Source: Wenzhouxiangella sp. (GTDB taxonomy: Bacteria; Pseudomonadota; Gammaproteobacteria; Xanthomonadales; Wenzhouxiangellaceae). From it: 64,000 bases of DNA. Of this stretch, positions 19,031-28,201 are shown one piece after another. Numbering within the stretch: position 1 is the stretch's first letter; each line of letters starts with the position of its first letter. Both the position numbers and the translations under genes were made by a program. The notes beneath the pieces are model-generated. The model was not told the origin of the DNA, searched no databases, and worked only from the letters and a program-made list of their open reading frames with translations. Where the stretch lies: contig JAZBOC010000107.1 in the NCBI GenBank assembly GCA_036353315.1, positions 6,236-70,235 of the forward strand, given 5' to 3'.

Positions 19031-19761
19031 TCCGCTTTCTTTCGTTCCAGCACGATCCGGTTCGCGGCCAGCCAGAAGCCGATTACCAGGACGAAATAGA
19101 GCACGTCGCGCAGGTCCAGCACGCCGCGCGAGATCGAGGTGAAGTGGACGAGAAAGCTGAGATTGCCAATGCCGTCGATCATCGCCTGCGGCAGCCAGCC
19201 GCGGAACAGGTCTAGAACCATGGGCAGCCCGGAGAGCAGAAACACGAAGCAGGCCACGACCGAAAGGATGAAGGCAACAACCTGGTTGCGGGTCGCGGCG
19301 GACAGGCAGGCGCTGATCGCCAGAAATCCGCCCGCCATCAGCCAGCTACCCAGGTAGGCCGCCAGGATGACACCGTTATCCGGATTACCGAGCACATTGA
19401 CCGTGATCCAGATCGGGAACGTCAGGGCCAGCGCCAGGCCGATGAACAACCAGGCGGCAAGGAACTTGCCAAGCACCGCTTCAGTGGCGGTAATCGGCAG
19501 GGTCAAAAGCAGTTCCACGGTGCCCGACTTGCGTTCCTCGGCCCATAACCGCATGCCAATAGCCGGCACCAGGAACAGGTAAAGCCAGGGGTGGAAGCGG
19601 AAGAACGGCTCCAGGTCGGCCAGTTCTCGCTCATAGAACCCCCCCAGGTAAAACGTGAACACCGCCGACATGATCAGGTAGATGACGATGAAGACATAGG
19701 CCACCGGCGTGGCAAAGTAGCTTGCCAGCTCGCGCCGCAAAACAACAGCGAGGTTGTTCAT
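19027..19761 (-). CDS. ABC-2 type transporter permease (GldF-like)
   Basis: 244 aa, about 6 TM. LRRELASYFATPVAYVFIVIYLIMS start typical of ABC-2 permeases. ATGA overlap with the ATPase gene. Confidence 0.8.
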   Translation of the reverse strand: MNNLAVVLRRELASYFATPVAYVFIVIYLIMSAVFTFYLGGFYERELADLEPFFRFHPWLYLFLVPAIGMRLWAEERKSGTVELLLTLPITATEAVLGKFLAAWLFIGLALALTFPIWITVNVLGNPDNGVILAAYLGSWLMAGGFLAISACLSAATRNQVVAFILSVVACFVFLLSGLPMVLDLFRGWLPQAMIDGIGNLSFLVHFTSISRGVLDLRDVLYFVLVIGFWLAANRIVLERKKAE

Positions 19762-20684
19762 CGTGCAGCCTCCGTGCTCTGGGTAACGGTGCGAAAAACC
19801 TCGTCCAGCCGACCCGACTCAAGCTGGATCTGCGACACCTTCCAGCCAGCCGCTCGAACGGTGCGCGTGACCGCCTCGAACAGATCGCCCTGGCCGCTGG
19901 GAAAAACCGTCAGCCGGCCGCGCCGGATCTCAACTTCGTTTGACTCCTCAAGCGCGCCTAGGGCGGAGGCCGCGGCCTGCAGGTCTTCAAGAACCAGGGT
20001 CACGGCGTTGTGGTAACGCGAGCGGGCCAGCAAGCCGGCCGGCGTGTCGTCAGCCAGAAGCCGGCCGCGGGCGATGATCATGGCCCGGGTGCACAGGGCA
20101 TCGACTTCTTCGAGGATGTGGGTGGAGATAATCATGATTCGCTCGCTGGCCATGTCGCGGATCAGCTGGCGAACCTCGTGTTTCTGGTTCGGGTCCAGCC
20201 CGTCGGTCGGCTCATCGAGGATCAGCGCCGGTGGGTCGTGGAGAATGGCCTGGGCAATACCGACCCGGCGCTTGAAGCCCTTGGACAAGGTCTCGATACT
20301 TTGGCCCAGCACTTCACCCAGGTTCAGGCGCTCGACCGCTGAGCCCACACGCTGGATCAGCTCAGCGCGGCGAAAGCCGCGAGCTTCGCCGACAAAGCGA
20401 AGAAAACGCTCGACGCTGAGCTCACCATACAAAGGCGCTCCCTCGGGCAGATAGCCGAGCTGGCGTCGCGCGGCAAGGCCGTCGCTGCGGATGTCGTGCC
20501 CGAAGATTTCAGCCGTGCCGCCGCTGGGCTCAAGAAAACCCGTGAGCATTTTCATCGTTGTCGACTTACCGGCGCCATTCGGTCCTAGAAAGCCCAGTAT
20601 GGTGCCCGGCTCGACCTCAAATGAAAGCCTGTCGACAGCCACAAGGGGGCCGTAATGACGACTCAATGACTTGGCTTTGATCAT
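19758..20684 (-). CDS. ABC transporter ATP-binding protein (GldA-like)
   Basis: ATG at 20684 gives MIKAKSLSRHYGPLVAVDRLSFEVEPGTILGFLGPNGAGKSTT (Walker A), LSKGFKRRVGIAQA (signature), LILDEPTDGLD (Walker B). The 114 upstream codons of the longest ORF look non-coding. Confidence 0.9.
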   Translation of the reverse strand: MIKAKSLSRHYGPLVAVDRLSFEVEPGTILGFLGPNGAGKSTTMKMLTGFLEPSGGTAEIFGHDIRSDGLAARRQLGYLPEGAPLYGELSVERFLRFVGEARGFRRAELIQRVGSAVERLNLGEVLGQSIETLSKGFKRRVGIAQAILHDPPALILDEPTDGLDPNQKHEVRQLIRDMASERIMIISTHILEEVDALCTRAMIIARGRLLADDTPAGLLARSRYHNAVTLVLEDLQAAASALGALEESNEVEIRRGRLTVFPSGQGDLFEAVTRTVRAAGWKVSQIQLESGRLDEVFRTVTQSTEAAR

Positions 20685-20838
20685 CCCGGCATCTCTTGCT
20701 TTTGGGTGGATTGGCCTCTCTGCCGCCGAGGATTTGGGGCAGGAAGCGAAAGATTCAAGACCCGCGAAGGTCACCGATGGGCTTTCAAGTCTCGGACAAA
20801 GACGGTAGCTTATAGGGTTGCTCTGGACAGGATAGCGC

Positions 20839-21912
20839 ATGAAACCGGTCATACTGGACCATCTGCCTGACGGACTGCTGGAAAAGCCAGCCACCGAGCT
20901 GCACCACCATCTTGACGGCCCGACGCTGATCCATCTGCCGGGGCGCCGTCCGCAACCGCTGTTTGTATCGGTGCTGCAGCACGGCAACGAGGTTACCGGC
21001 TGGGAGGCGATTCGCCGCCTGCTCAAGAGTCGTTACAGTCGCGACCCTCTGCCGCGCAGCCTGATCCTGATGATCGGCAACGTTCGAGCCGCTGCCCGCG
21101 GTCGCCGCCACCTGGCCGACCAACCGGACTTCAACCGCTGCTGGCCCGGCTCGGACACCGTACCAACCATCTGGCATGACGTGTTCGGCGAGATCACCGA
21201 CCACGTGCGCCTGCGAAAGCCCATCGCCAGCATCGATGTCCACAACAACACTGGTCTCAACCCGCACTACTCGGCAGTCAATCGCATCGAACCCCTGCGC
21301 CTGCAGCTTGCCTCACTGTTTTCGCGCACCGTGATCTATTTCACCGAGCCGCGCGGCGTTCAGTCCACGGCTTTTGGCGAGTTCTGCCCATCTGTAACTC
21401 TCGAGTGCGGACTCTCGGGGGAGGCCGACGGCACCGATCATGCTCTGGCCTACCTGGACAGTGTCCTCAACCTGCATGAAATTCCGCAGACGGTGCCTTC
21501 CCCGGAAGATCTGGAGCTGTTCAGCGTCTTTGCCACAGTGCGGGTGGCCGAAGAAGCTGAGTTCGGCTTCCAGCCGGGCCACGAGCTGCAGTTTCCACCC
21601 GACCTGGATCGACTGAATTTTCGTGAGCTGCCACCCGGCACCCACCTGGCGACCCAGGTCAACGGTCGCAAAAGGCCGCTGATTGCAAGCGGCCACGATG
21701 GCCGCGACGTTTCAGAAGAGTGCTTCATACTCAGCGAAAACCAGGTCCTGACCCGCAAGCCGCTGATGCCGGCCATGTTAACAACCGATGAACTGATCGT
21801 CCGCAACGACTGCCTGTGCTACCTGATGGAGCGGGTGGTTGTCGAACCGCGGCAGGAGGCGCCGGCCATCGACCGCGGGGAAGAATCCGGGCTGCCGGAA
21901 ACCCTGCCCTGA
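20839..21912 (+). CDS. succinylglutamate desuccinylase/aspartoacylase-family (M14-like) zinc hydrolase
   Basis: 357 aa. VSVLQHGNEVTGWEA (HxxE zinc motif), DFNRCWPG and DVHNNTG are typical of the AstE/AspA family. Confidence 0.75.
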   Translation: MKPVILDHLPDGLLEKPATELHHHLDGPTLIHLPGRRPQPLFVSVLQHGNEVTGWEAIRRLLKSRYSRDPLPRSLILMIGNVRAAARGRRHLADQPDFNRCWPGSDTVPTIWHDVFGEITDHVRLRKPIASIDVHNNTGLNPHYSAVNRIEPLRLQLASLFSRTVIYFTEPRGVQSTAFGEFCPSVTLECGLSGEADGTDHALAYLDSVLNLHEIPQTVPSPEDLELFSVFATVRVAEEAEFGFQPGHELQFPPDLDRLNFRELPPGTHLATQVNGRKRPLIASGHDGRDVSEECFILSENQVLTRKPLMPAMLTTDELIVRNDCLCYLMERVVVEPRQEAPAIDRGEESGLPETLP

Positions 21913-21953
21913 AAATCGCGTCATAATTGAACTGAGCTCACCAACGACAGGCT

Positions 21954-22169
21954 GTGACCGTGAACGTCTTTTCATTTATCGTGGCGCTGACCGCGCTTTA
22001 CATGGTTTACGCGCTTGGAGAGAAATGGCTCGCAGCCAGGCGGCATCGTCCCGAAGAAGTCAAGCGCATCGAAGACGAATTGCAGGCGCTGCGCGAGCGG
22101 GTAGAAACGCTGGAACGCATCGTCACCGACCAGCGCGAGACGCTCCGACAGAAATTCGATGAGCTCTGA
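21954..22169 (+). CDS. small single-TM protein with PspB-like architecture
   Basis: 71 aa, GTG start. TM FSFIVALTALYMVYAL then a heptad helix ELQALRERVETLERIVTDQRE resembling PspB RMRERIQALESILDAEHP. 11-nt overlap with the next gene. No pspA/pspC nearby. Confidence 0.4.
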   Translation: MTVNVFSFIVALTALYMVYALGEKWLAARRHRPEEVKRIEDELQALRERVETLERIVTDQRETLRQKFDEL

Positions 22170-22758
22170 AGATCATCGCTTCGCGGCTCTGCTGCGGCTG
22201 TTCTTCAAGGGCTTGGCGACGATCATCCCGATCGCGCTGACCCTGATCATCGTTTTCTGGCTAGCCGGTCTGGCCGAGGGTGGTGTCGGTCGACTGATCC
22301 GGGTCGTGTTGCCGGACAACTGGTACGTTCAGGGGATGGGCCTGGTCGGCGGTATCCTGCTGGTCATACTGATCGGCTTGCTCAGCCAGGTTTATCTGTT
22401 TCGCAAGCTGATCGACTTTGGCGAAGGCATCCTCGACCGCATGCCGCTGGTCAAATCGGTGTTCCGCGCCACCAAGGATTTCGTCGATTACTTTTCCGGC
22501 GACGACAAGGAAAAGTTCAGTCAGGTCGTACGCGTACGCCACCCGTCCGGGTACTCCCTGCTCGGCTTCATCACCCGCGAGGACTTCTCCGGCCTTCCCT
22601 TTGGCGAAGAAGGCGAGGTCGCGGTCTACCTGCCGCTCAGCTACCAGATCGCCGGATATACGCTCTTTGTCCCGCGCGAGTGGTGCGAGCCGGTAGATAT
22701 GCCGTTCGAGGATGCGGTCCGGCTGATCCTGACCGCAGCGATGACCCGTCGCAGTTGA
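22159..22758 (+). CDS. DUF502-family membrane protein
   Basis: 199 aa. LFFKGLATIIPIALTLIIVFWL, PLVKSVFRATKDFVDYF and YLPLSYQIAGYTLFVPRE match the DUF502 pattern. Confidence 0.8.
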   Translation: MSSEDHRFAALLRLFFKGLATIIPIALTLIIVFWLAGLAEGGVGRLIRVVLPDNWYVQGMGLVGGILLVILIGLLSQVYLFRKLIDFGEGILDRMPLVKSVFRATKDFVDYFSGDDKEKFSQVVRVRHPSGYSLLGFITREDFSGLPFGEEGEVAVYLPLSYQIAGYTLFVPREWCEPVDMPFEDAVRLILTAAMTRRS

Positions 22759-22821
22759 TGCCGGATCCAGGGTCGCAAGCCGGGAAACCGGCCCCCGGCT
22801 AAATCGTCACCAGCGCTGCTC

Positions 22822-23943
22822 TCAGCGCTGGTCGATCGGCGGCACCGGACGCGCCCCGGGCCCGGTGTAGTCCGCGCCGGGGCGAATGATGCGGTTGTTG
22901 GCGCGCTGTTCCATGACGTGAGCGGCCCATCCGGTGACCCGCGACATCACGAAGATGGGCGTGAACAAGCCAGTCGGAATGCTCATGAAGTGATAGGCCG
23001 AGGCATGGTAGAAGTCAGCATTGGCAAACAACTTCTTTTCCTCCCACATGGTCTTTTCGACCGCCTCGGACACTGGGAACAACACCGTATCATCGACCTC
23101 ATCGGCGAGCTTTCGCGACCACTCGCGGATGATGGCGTTGCGCGGATCTTTCTCCCGGTAGACCGCGTGACCAAAGCCCATAATTTTTTCCTTGGCCGCG
23201 AGCATCCGCAACACGTCTTCGCGCGCTTCCTGAGCCGAACCGTAGTTTTCAATCATGGCCATGGCCATCTCGTTGGCCCCGCCGTGCAGCGGCCCCCTGA
23301 GTGAACCGATCGCCCCGGTTATGCAGGAATGCATGTCCGACAGGGTCGAGGCGCAGACCCGAGCCGTAAAGGTCGAGGCGTTGAACTCGTGCTCAGCGTA
23401 CAGGATCAGGGAAACGTCCATGACGCGGGCATGCAGCTCGTTGGGCTCCTGGCCGCGCAGCAGATGCAGAAAGTGGGCGCCGACACCCTCATCGTCGGTC
23501 TCGACATCGATGCGAACGCCGTCGTGACTGTACCGATACCAGTAGCAGATCATCGAAGGAAAGGTGGCGAGCAGGCGGTCGGCCACGTCCTGCTGCTCAG
23601 CGAACGCCGTCTCTGGCTCGAGATTGCCCAGAAACGAACAGCCGGTGCGCAGCACGTCCATGGGGTGGGTGGACGCGGGAATTCGCTCCAGGACTTCCTT
23701 GAGCGCGTCAGGCAGGCCGCGTAGCGAGCGCAGGCGAGCGCTGTAGGCGGCCAGCTCGTCGGCTGTCGGCAGGTGGCCTTTCAAAATCAGGTGGGCGACT
23801 TCGTTGAAGCTGGCATTGTCGGCCAGGTCATCCACGGCGTACCCGCGATAGCGCAGGCTGTTGCCAGTCGCGCCCACGGTGCAAATTGCGGTCTGTCCGG
23901 CCGACTGCCCTCTCAGGCCGGCCTTGGTTTTCTTGTCAGTCAT
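22822..23943 (-). CDS. prpC: 2-methylcitrate synthase
   Basis: ATG at 23943 gives [24 protein letters not shown]...LRYRGY. Citrate-synthase core GPLHGGANE and GFGHAVY. Overlaps the prpB stop by 8 nt. The longest ORF over-extends into prpB. Confidence 0.9.
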   Translation of the reverse strand: MTDKKTKAGLRGQSAGQTAICTVGATGNSLRYRGYAVDDLADNASFNEVAHLILKGHLPTADELAAYSARLRSLRGLPDALKEVLERIPASTHPMDVLRTGCSFLGNLEPETAFAEQQDVADRLLATFPSMICYWYRYSHDGVRIDVETDDEGVGAHFLHLLRGQEPNELHARVMDVSLILYAEHEFNASTFTARVCASTLSDMHSCITGAIGSLRGPLHGGANEMAMAMIENYGSAQEAREDVLRMLAAKEKIMGFGHAVYREKDPRNAIIREWSRKLADEVDDTVLFPVSEAVEKTMWEEKKLFANADFYHASAYHFMSIPTGLFTPIFVMSRVTGWAAHVMEQRANNRIIRPGADYTGPGARPVPPIDQR

Positions 23944-24826
23944 GCTGCGGCTCCTTGCTGAACAGTTCATCGAGCTTGCGCTCGTAGTCGTGGTAACCCA
24001 GGATTTCGTAGAGTTCGGTCCGCGTCTGCATGTTTTCCACCAGACTGCGCTGATGGCCATCCCGGGCAATTCCCTCATAGACCGCCAAGGCCGCCTGGCT
24101 CATGGCGCGAAAGGCGCTCAACGGATAAAGCACCATAGCGACGCTGACGCCAGCCAGCTCTTCGACATCGAACAGCGGCGTCTGGCCGAACTCGGTGATA
24201 TTGGCCAGCACCGGCACCTGAACCTGGCGAGTGAAGGTGGCGAACTCATCAAGCGTGTGCAGGGCCTCGGCAAAAATCATGTCTGCCCCGGCCTCGACAT
24301 ATCGATTGGCGCGCTCGATTGCCGCACTCATACCCTCAGAGGCATGGGCGTCGGTCCGGGCCATGAAGACGAAATCCGGATCCAAGCGCGCATCAACCCC
24401 GGCGCTGACCCGATCCACCATTTCTTCCACGCTGACCAGCCCCTTGTTCGGCCGATGGCCACAGCGCTTGGCCTGGACCTGGTCTTCCAGGTGGATTGCA
24501 GCCACGCCTGCGCGCTCCATCTCACGCACGGTGCGGGCGATGTTGAACGCACTGCCCCAACCGGTATCGACATCGACCAGCAAGGGCAGATCGCACACGG
24601 ACGTGATTCTGCGAGCATCCTCAGCCACGTCGGACAGCTGGCTGATGCCCAGGTCGGGCAGGCCCAGCGACGCATTGGCGACACCGGCACCCGATAGATA
24701 AATCGCCTGGTGACCGGCCTTTTGGGCCAGCAAGGCACAGAATGCGTTGACCGTTCCGACAATCTGAACCGGCGCGTGCTCGGCTACCAGCGTGCGGAAT
24801 CTGGACCCTGCGGACTCGACAGGCAT
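23936..24826 (-). CDS. prpB: methylisocitrate lyase
   Basis: 296 aa. [23 protein letters not shown] (PEP-mutase/isocitrate-lyase KRCGH motif). Upstream of prpC. Confidence 0.9.
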   Translation of the reverse strand: MPVESAGSRFRTLVAEHAPVQIVGTVNAFCALLAQKAGHQAIYLSGAGVANASLGLPDLGISQLSDVAEDARRITSVCDLPLLVDVDTGWGSAFNIARTVREMERAGVAAIHLEDQVQAKRCGHRPNKGLVSVEEMVDRVSAGVDARLDPDFVFMARTDAHASEGMSAAIERANRYVEAGADMIFAEALHTLDEFATFTRQVQVPVLANITEFGQTPLFDVEELAGVSVAMVLYPLSAFRAMSQAALAVYEGIARDGHQRSLVENMQTRTELYEILGYHDYERKLDELFSKEPQHD

Positions 24827-24906
24827 GGTTCAAACCTTCAGCGGGTTGAAATCAGACCGGAAATGGTAGCACGCGGCGGCGCCCTGACAGCCGCCGGCTA
24901 GCCGCC

Positions 24907-26442
24907 TCAGACCCGATGGATCAGGGCAGTTTCCGCAGCGTGGATGGCCTGGTTGGCCAGCGCGGCAGCGTCCTCCAGGGGTACCAGCGGGATCTCCTGT
25001 TCGCCCTGGGGCAGAACCAGCTTGACCGTGGCCAGGCGATGGCGCCGCAGATAGGGTGTTTGCACCACTCTGACCTGCTGAACCATGGGAATGGAGAATA
25101 CGTCCTGGCGCAGCCCCAAAAGACCGCGCTGGACCCAGCAATGCTCGCCCGCAATGAACCAGCCCCAGCAGCGCCAGCGCCGATAAACCAGCCAAAGCAC
25201 CACGCCCAGGAAGATCGGACCCAGGATGAGAATGCTGCCTGACCCCGGAAACCGCCACCACAGCGCGCCAAAGCCAAGCAGCACCAGCGCGCCGAGGCGA
25301 GCGCCGAAAAAATAAAGAAAACGCCGACTGACGGACGTGAACGCCCGAGGCAACTCAACGCCGGGCATGAGGGTTGGGATCAGTTCAAGGTCTTGTCCTG
25401 AAATTCCCGGGACCAGAAACTGCGCGCGCGAGGCCTGGACTTCGACCGCCGCACTTTTGGCCTGCCGGACCACCAGATAGCGCTGCCCGAACAGGCGCCC
25501 TAGCGCCGTCTGATAGATGGTGATCCCGGTCAGCTTTTCCTGGCGAACGCTTTGTTCCCGCCGCTCCGCCAGACCGCCGGTGGCCACCAGCCGGTCGCCC
25601 AGATGCTGCAAGGAAAAGCCCTGATAACGCAGCCAGGCGATGACTCCGGACACCGCGAACAGCAACCCGATCAACCCGACCAGGAAAGCAACCGCGCCGA
25701 CCCAGCCCAGTTGTCCGGCGCGTTCGAGCATCACGCCCAGCCCCAGCGCATCAATCCAGTCTTCGACGCGCTCCGCGACGGTGCCCAGAAGCCACGCAAC
25801 AAGGCCGGCGATGACCCAGACCTGATTGCTGACCAGACCATGCACGAACAGCCGCGGTCCGCTCGGCGCGTGAACGACTCGCCCGCCTGCGCTTGATTGA
25901 TGGTCAGGGTCGCCGGCGCTCGCACCAACGCCGTGTTCGGCGAGCGGCTGCGGATCGTTCCCGAAGCTGGCGATCAAGTCACGCAAGGCCATCGCCAGAT
26001 CTTGCCGAATACCCGGCAGTTCAACTTCGGTGGATTCAGCGCCCGGGGTCTCGAGTTGGAAGCGAACCAGACCAAACGGGCGGAAATACAGCGGCTGATT
26101 CAGCCCGACGTTTTGAACGCGGGCAAAGCGCACACGGAGGTCTTTGACCTCAAGAAGACCGCGACGCACTCGAATCGCGTCTTCCTCAACCCGAAACCGG
26201 AAACGGCGATGATAAATGCACGCCGCCAGGACCGCACCGAGCAGGCCCAGCGCGCCCAGCAGCAGAAACTCGCGCATGCCCAAGCGATCTAGGAAGGCAA
26301 ACCCGGCGCCGGCGCCGGCAAACATGAACAGGTTTTCCTTGATGAACTTGACGCTGCCTCCGATGATCAGAAACAGCAGTGACATTGGCGCCAGACGCTG
26401 CCATTCCTCCAGACGAGGATCCGAGCGACTAGCCTCGTTCAT
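24907..26442 (-). CDS. YdbT-like membrane protein with three bacterial PH (bPH_2) repeats
   Basis: Repeated TM pair followed by PH-like units, e.g. YHRRFRFRVEEDAIRVRRGLLEVKDLRVRFARVQNV. ATG at 26442 (MNEASRSDPRLEEWQRL) overlaps the YdbS-like stop by 14 nt. A TTG at 26496 is the alternative start. Confidence 0.7.
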   Translation of the reverse strand: MNEASRSDPRLEEWQRLAPMSLLFLIIGGSVKFIKENLFMFAGAGAGFAFLDRLGMREFLLLGALGLLGAVLAACIYHRRFRFRVEEDAIRVRRGLLEVKDLRVRFARVQNVGLNQPLYFRPFGLVRFQLETPGAESTEVELPGIRQDLAMALRDLIASFGNDPQPLAEHGVGASAGDPDHQSSAGGRVVHAPSGPRLFVHGLVSNQVWVIAGLVAWLLGTVAERVEDWIDALGLGVMLERAGQLGWVGAVAFLVGLIGLLFAVSGVIAWLRYQGFSLQHLGDRLVATGGLAERREQSVRQEKLTGITIYQTALGRLFGQRYLVVRQAKSAAVEVQASRAQFLVPGISGQDLELIPTLMPGVELPRAFTSVSRRFLYFFGARLGALVLLGFGALWWRFPGSGSILILGPIFLGVVLWLVYRRWRCWGWFIAGEHCWVQRGLLGLRQDVFSIPMVQQVRVVQTPYLRRHRLATVKLVLPQGEQEIPLVPLEDAAALANQAIHAAETALIHRV

Positions 26443-27019
26443 CGTCCTCGAGCGCCTCTTCGCCGTCAGTCGGCCCGGAGGCGGCAATCTGCTCAAGGAG
26501 AAAGCCCCGAACTCGGCGAGCCGATGCGCTGTCCAGGCCCTTGACCACGAGGTCGGCCGACAAGCCGCCCGCGGTAAAGCATTTCAGCCGCATCAGATCG
26601 AAATAACGCTCAAGCGGCCCCTGAATGGCTTCGACATGCTGGATTCGCGCGAACGGCAGGATGACCGTTTTGCGCCAGAAAATGCCGTAGCGATAGATCA
26701 AGTCATGTTCTCGCAGGGCCCAACCGCGTACGCGCGCATCCACCGCGACGTAGACCGCCGTTATCAGGCCGAGCAACAGCGATGCAATCGGCAGCGCATA
26801 CCACCCGACGAGGTCAATGGTCGCGAAAGGAAGTCGCGGAAGGATCCACAAGCCGATCGCCAAGATCACCCAGAAGCTCACCTGTGAAATCAGCGCCCAG
26901 GGCCTGTAGCCGGCGGCGACGGGCGACAGCGGCACGCTGCGATAATCGGGCAACTGAGAGACTTCGACCTGCGCGTTGCTGAAGTCCTCGCCCCGGGTTG
27001 TCACTCGGTCTCGCTCCAC
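26429..27019 (-). CDS. YdbS-like membrane protein with one bPH_2 domain
   Basis: 196 aa. Two TMs then LREHDLIYRYGIFWRKTVILPFARIQHVEAIQGPLERYFDLMRLKCFTAG, the bPH_2 (DUF304) pattern. Confidence 0.7.
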   Translation of the reverse strand: MERDRVTTRGEDFSNAQVEVSQLPDYRSVPLSPVAAGYRPWALISQVSFWVILAIGLWILPRLPFATIDLVGWYALPIASLLLGLITAVYVAVDARVRGWALREHDLIYRYGIFWRKTVILPFARIQHVEAIQGPLERYFDLMRLKCFTAGGLSADLVVKGLDSASARRVRGFLLEQIAASGPTDGEEALEDDERG

Positions 27020-27042
27020 TGAATCTCCTGAAGCCTCATTGG

Positions 27043-28128
27043 CTAACGGCCTGACGCGGAAATGATCCGACGACAGCGGCGCAGCAGATAGTTGACGGCA
27101 ATCCAGAAATGCTTGAACTGAGGGTTGCGAGTCTGGCCCTTGTGGTAGCGGTAGTAGATCTGCTGGGCGATCACGGCCAGCCGGAACAGTCCGTAGACTT
27201 CGTAGAATGCCCAGTCATCCGGTCTGAATCCGGTCTTTTGGCAGTAGTAGTCGACCACCTCGGCACGCGTCAGCATGCCAGAGATGTGAGTTGGCTGGCG
27301 CCGGAAGCCCTTGAAGTACTTCTCATCGTCATCCTGGACCCAGTAGGCCATGGAATTGCCGAGGTCCATGAGCGGATCGCCCAGGGTGGCCAGTTCCCAG
27401 TCCAGCACGCCAATGATCTTGAGCGGATCAACGGGATCCAGCACCAGGTTGTCGAAACGGAAATCTCCGTGGATGACACGGATCGCAACCTCTTCGGGCA
27501 CGCGCTCGGCCAGCCAGCGCATCACGGACCGCCCGGGCAGCACGTTCCAGGTTTTTGCCCGCCGGAAACGCTCCGACCATCCTTCAATCTGACGTCGGTT
27601 ATAGCCGGCACCCTTACCGAGTTTTTCCAGGCCGGCCGCCGCCACGTCGACCTGATGCAGGTCGATCAAGCGATCGATGGCGGCCGTAGAAAGGCGCCGA
27701 GCCTGCTCAGCATCCAGGGCCAGGCCCTCAGGCAGATTCGCGCGCAGGATGATGCCTTCAAGGCGCTCCATGACGTAGAAGTCAGAGCCGATGACGTCAT
27801 CATCGGTACACAAGGCCAACATTTGCGGAACGTAAGGAAAAACCGGCTTGAGCGCCTTCTGCACCTTGTACTCGCGCACCATGTTATGGGCAGATTTGGC
27901 CTTGGTCCCCGGTGGCGGTCGCCGCAGGATCAGATCCCGGTCCGGATAGCGCAACCGATAGGTTAAGTTAGAAGCGCCCCGCGCGAACTGCTCAACCTCA
28001 GGCGTGCCGTCCAGACCGTCGACTCGCGATTTGAGCCATGCATCAACGGCCTCGACGTCAAAGCCGTCTTCCTGGCGCAGGGGGCGGGGACGGTCCAGCA
28101 ACCCCGGATCATCTTTGGAGACAGACAT
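27043..28128 (-). CDS. aminoglycoside-phosphotransferase-fold kinase (ACAD10/11 N-terminal-domain-like; LvaA-like)
   Basis: ATG at 28128 gives MSVSKDDPGLL...QFARGASNLTYRLRY. Brenner/catalytic region VIHGDFRFDNLVLD and DWELATLGDP. Directly downstream of the FadE2-type dehydrogenase. Confidence 0.8.
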   Translation of the reverse strand: MSVSKDDPGLLDRPRPLRQEDGFDVEAVDAWLKSRVDGLDGTPEVEQFARGASNLTYRLRYPDRDLILRRPPPGTKAKSAHNMVREYKVQKALKPVFPYVPQMLALCTDDDVIGSDFYVMERLEGIILRANLPEGLALDAEQARRLSTAAIDRLIDLHQVDVAAAGLEKLGKGAGYNRRQIEGWSERFRRAKTWNVLPGRSVMRWLAERVPEEVAIRVIHGDFRFDNLVLDPVDPLKIIGVLDWELATLGDPLMDLGNSMAYWVQDDDEKYFKGFRRQPTHISGMLTRAEVVDYYCQKTGFRPDDWAFYEVYGLFRLAVIAQQIYYRYHKGQTRNPQFKHFWIAVNYLLRRCRRIISASGR

Positions 28129-28201
28129 GGCCAACACGCGCGAAGAATCAGCGTCAAGTTTAGCCGGGCCGCTCGCGTCTGTCAGTCCCAACGCGCGCCG
28201 C

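Noticed and set aside
20685-21026. 114-codon N-terminal extension of the ABC ATPase ORF. Similar over-long starts occur at 23944..24078, 28129..28320, 60365..60589, 48552..48653, 34355..34504, 37633..37941 and 38012..38215.
   Set aside because: Family N-termini align to internal ATG/TTG codons, several with SD sequences or ATGA coupling. The extensions are Arg/Pro/Ser-rich, overlap neighbouring genes or promoters, and lack homology.
22811-22830. Twin palindromic octamers CAGCGCTG-CTCT-CAGCGCTG overlapping the prpC stop
   Set aside because: Could fold as an 8-bp hairpin, but it has no convincing U-tract on either strand and lies partly inside coding sequence. Too ambiguous to call a terminator.
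24827-24906. Sigma54 promoter or terminator upstream of prpB
   Set aside because: No TGGCAC-N5-TTGC match on the minus strand. The CGGCGGC/GCCGCCG hairpin has a 7-bp stem, a 9-nt loop and no U-tract.
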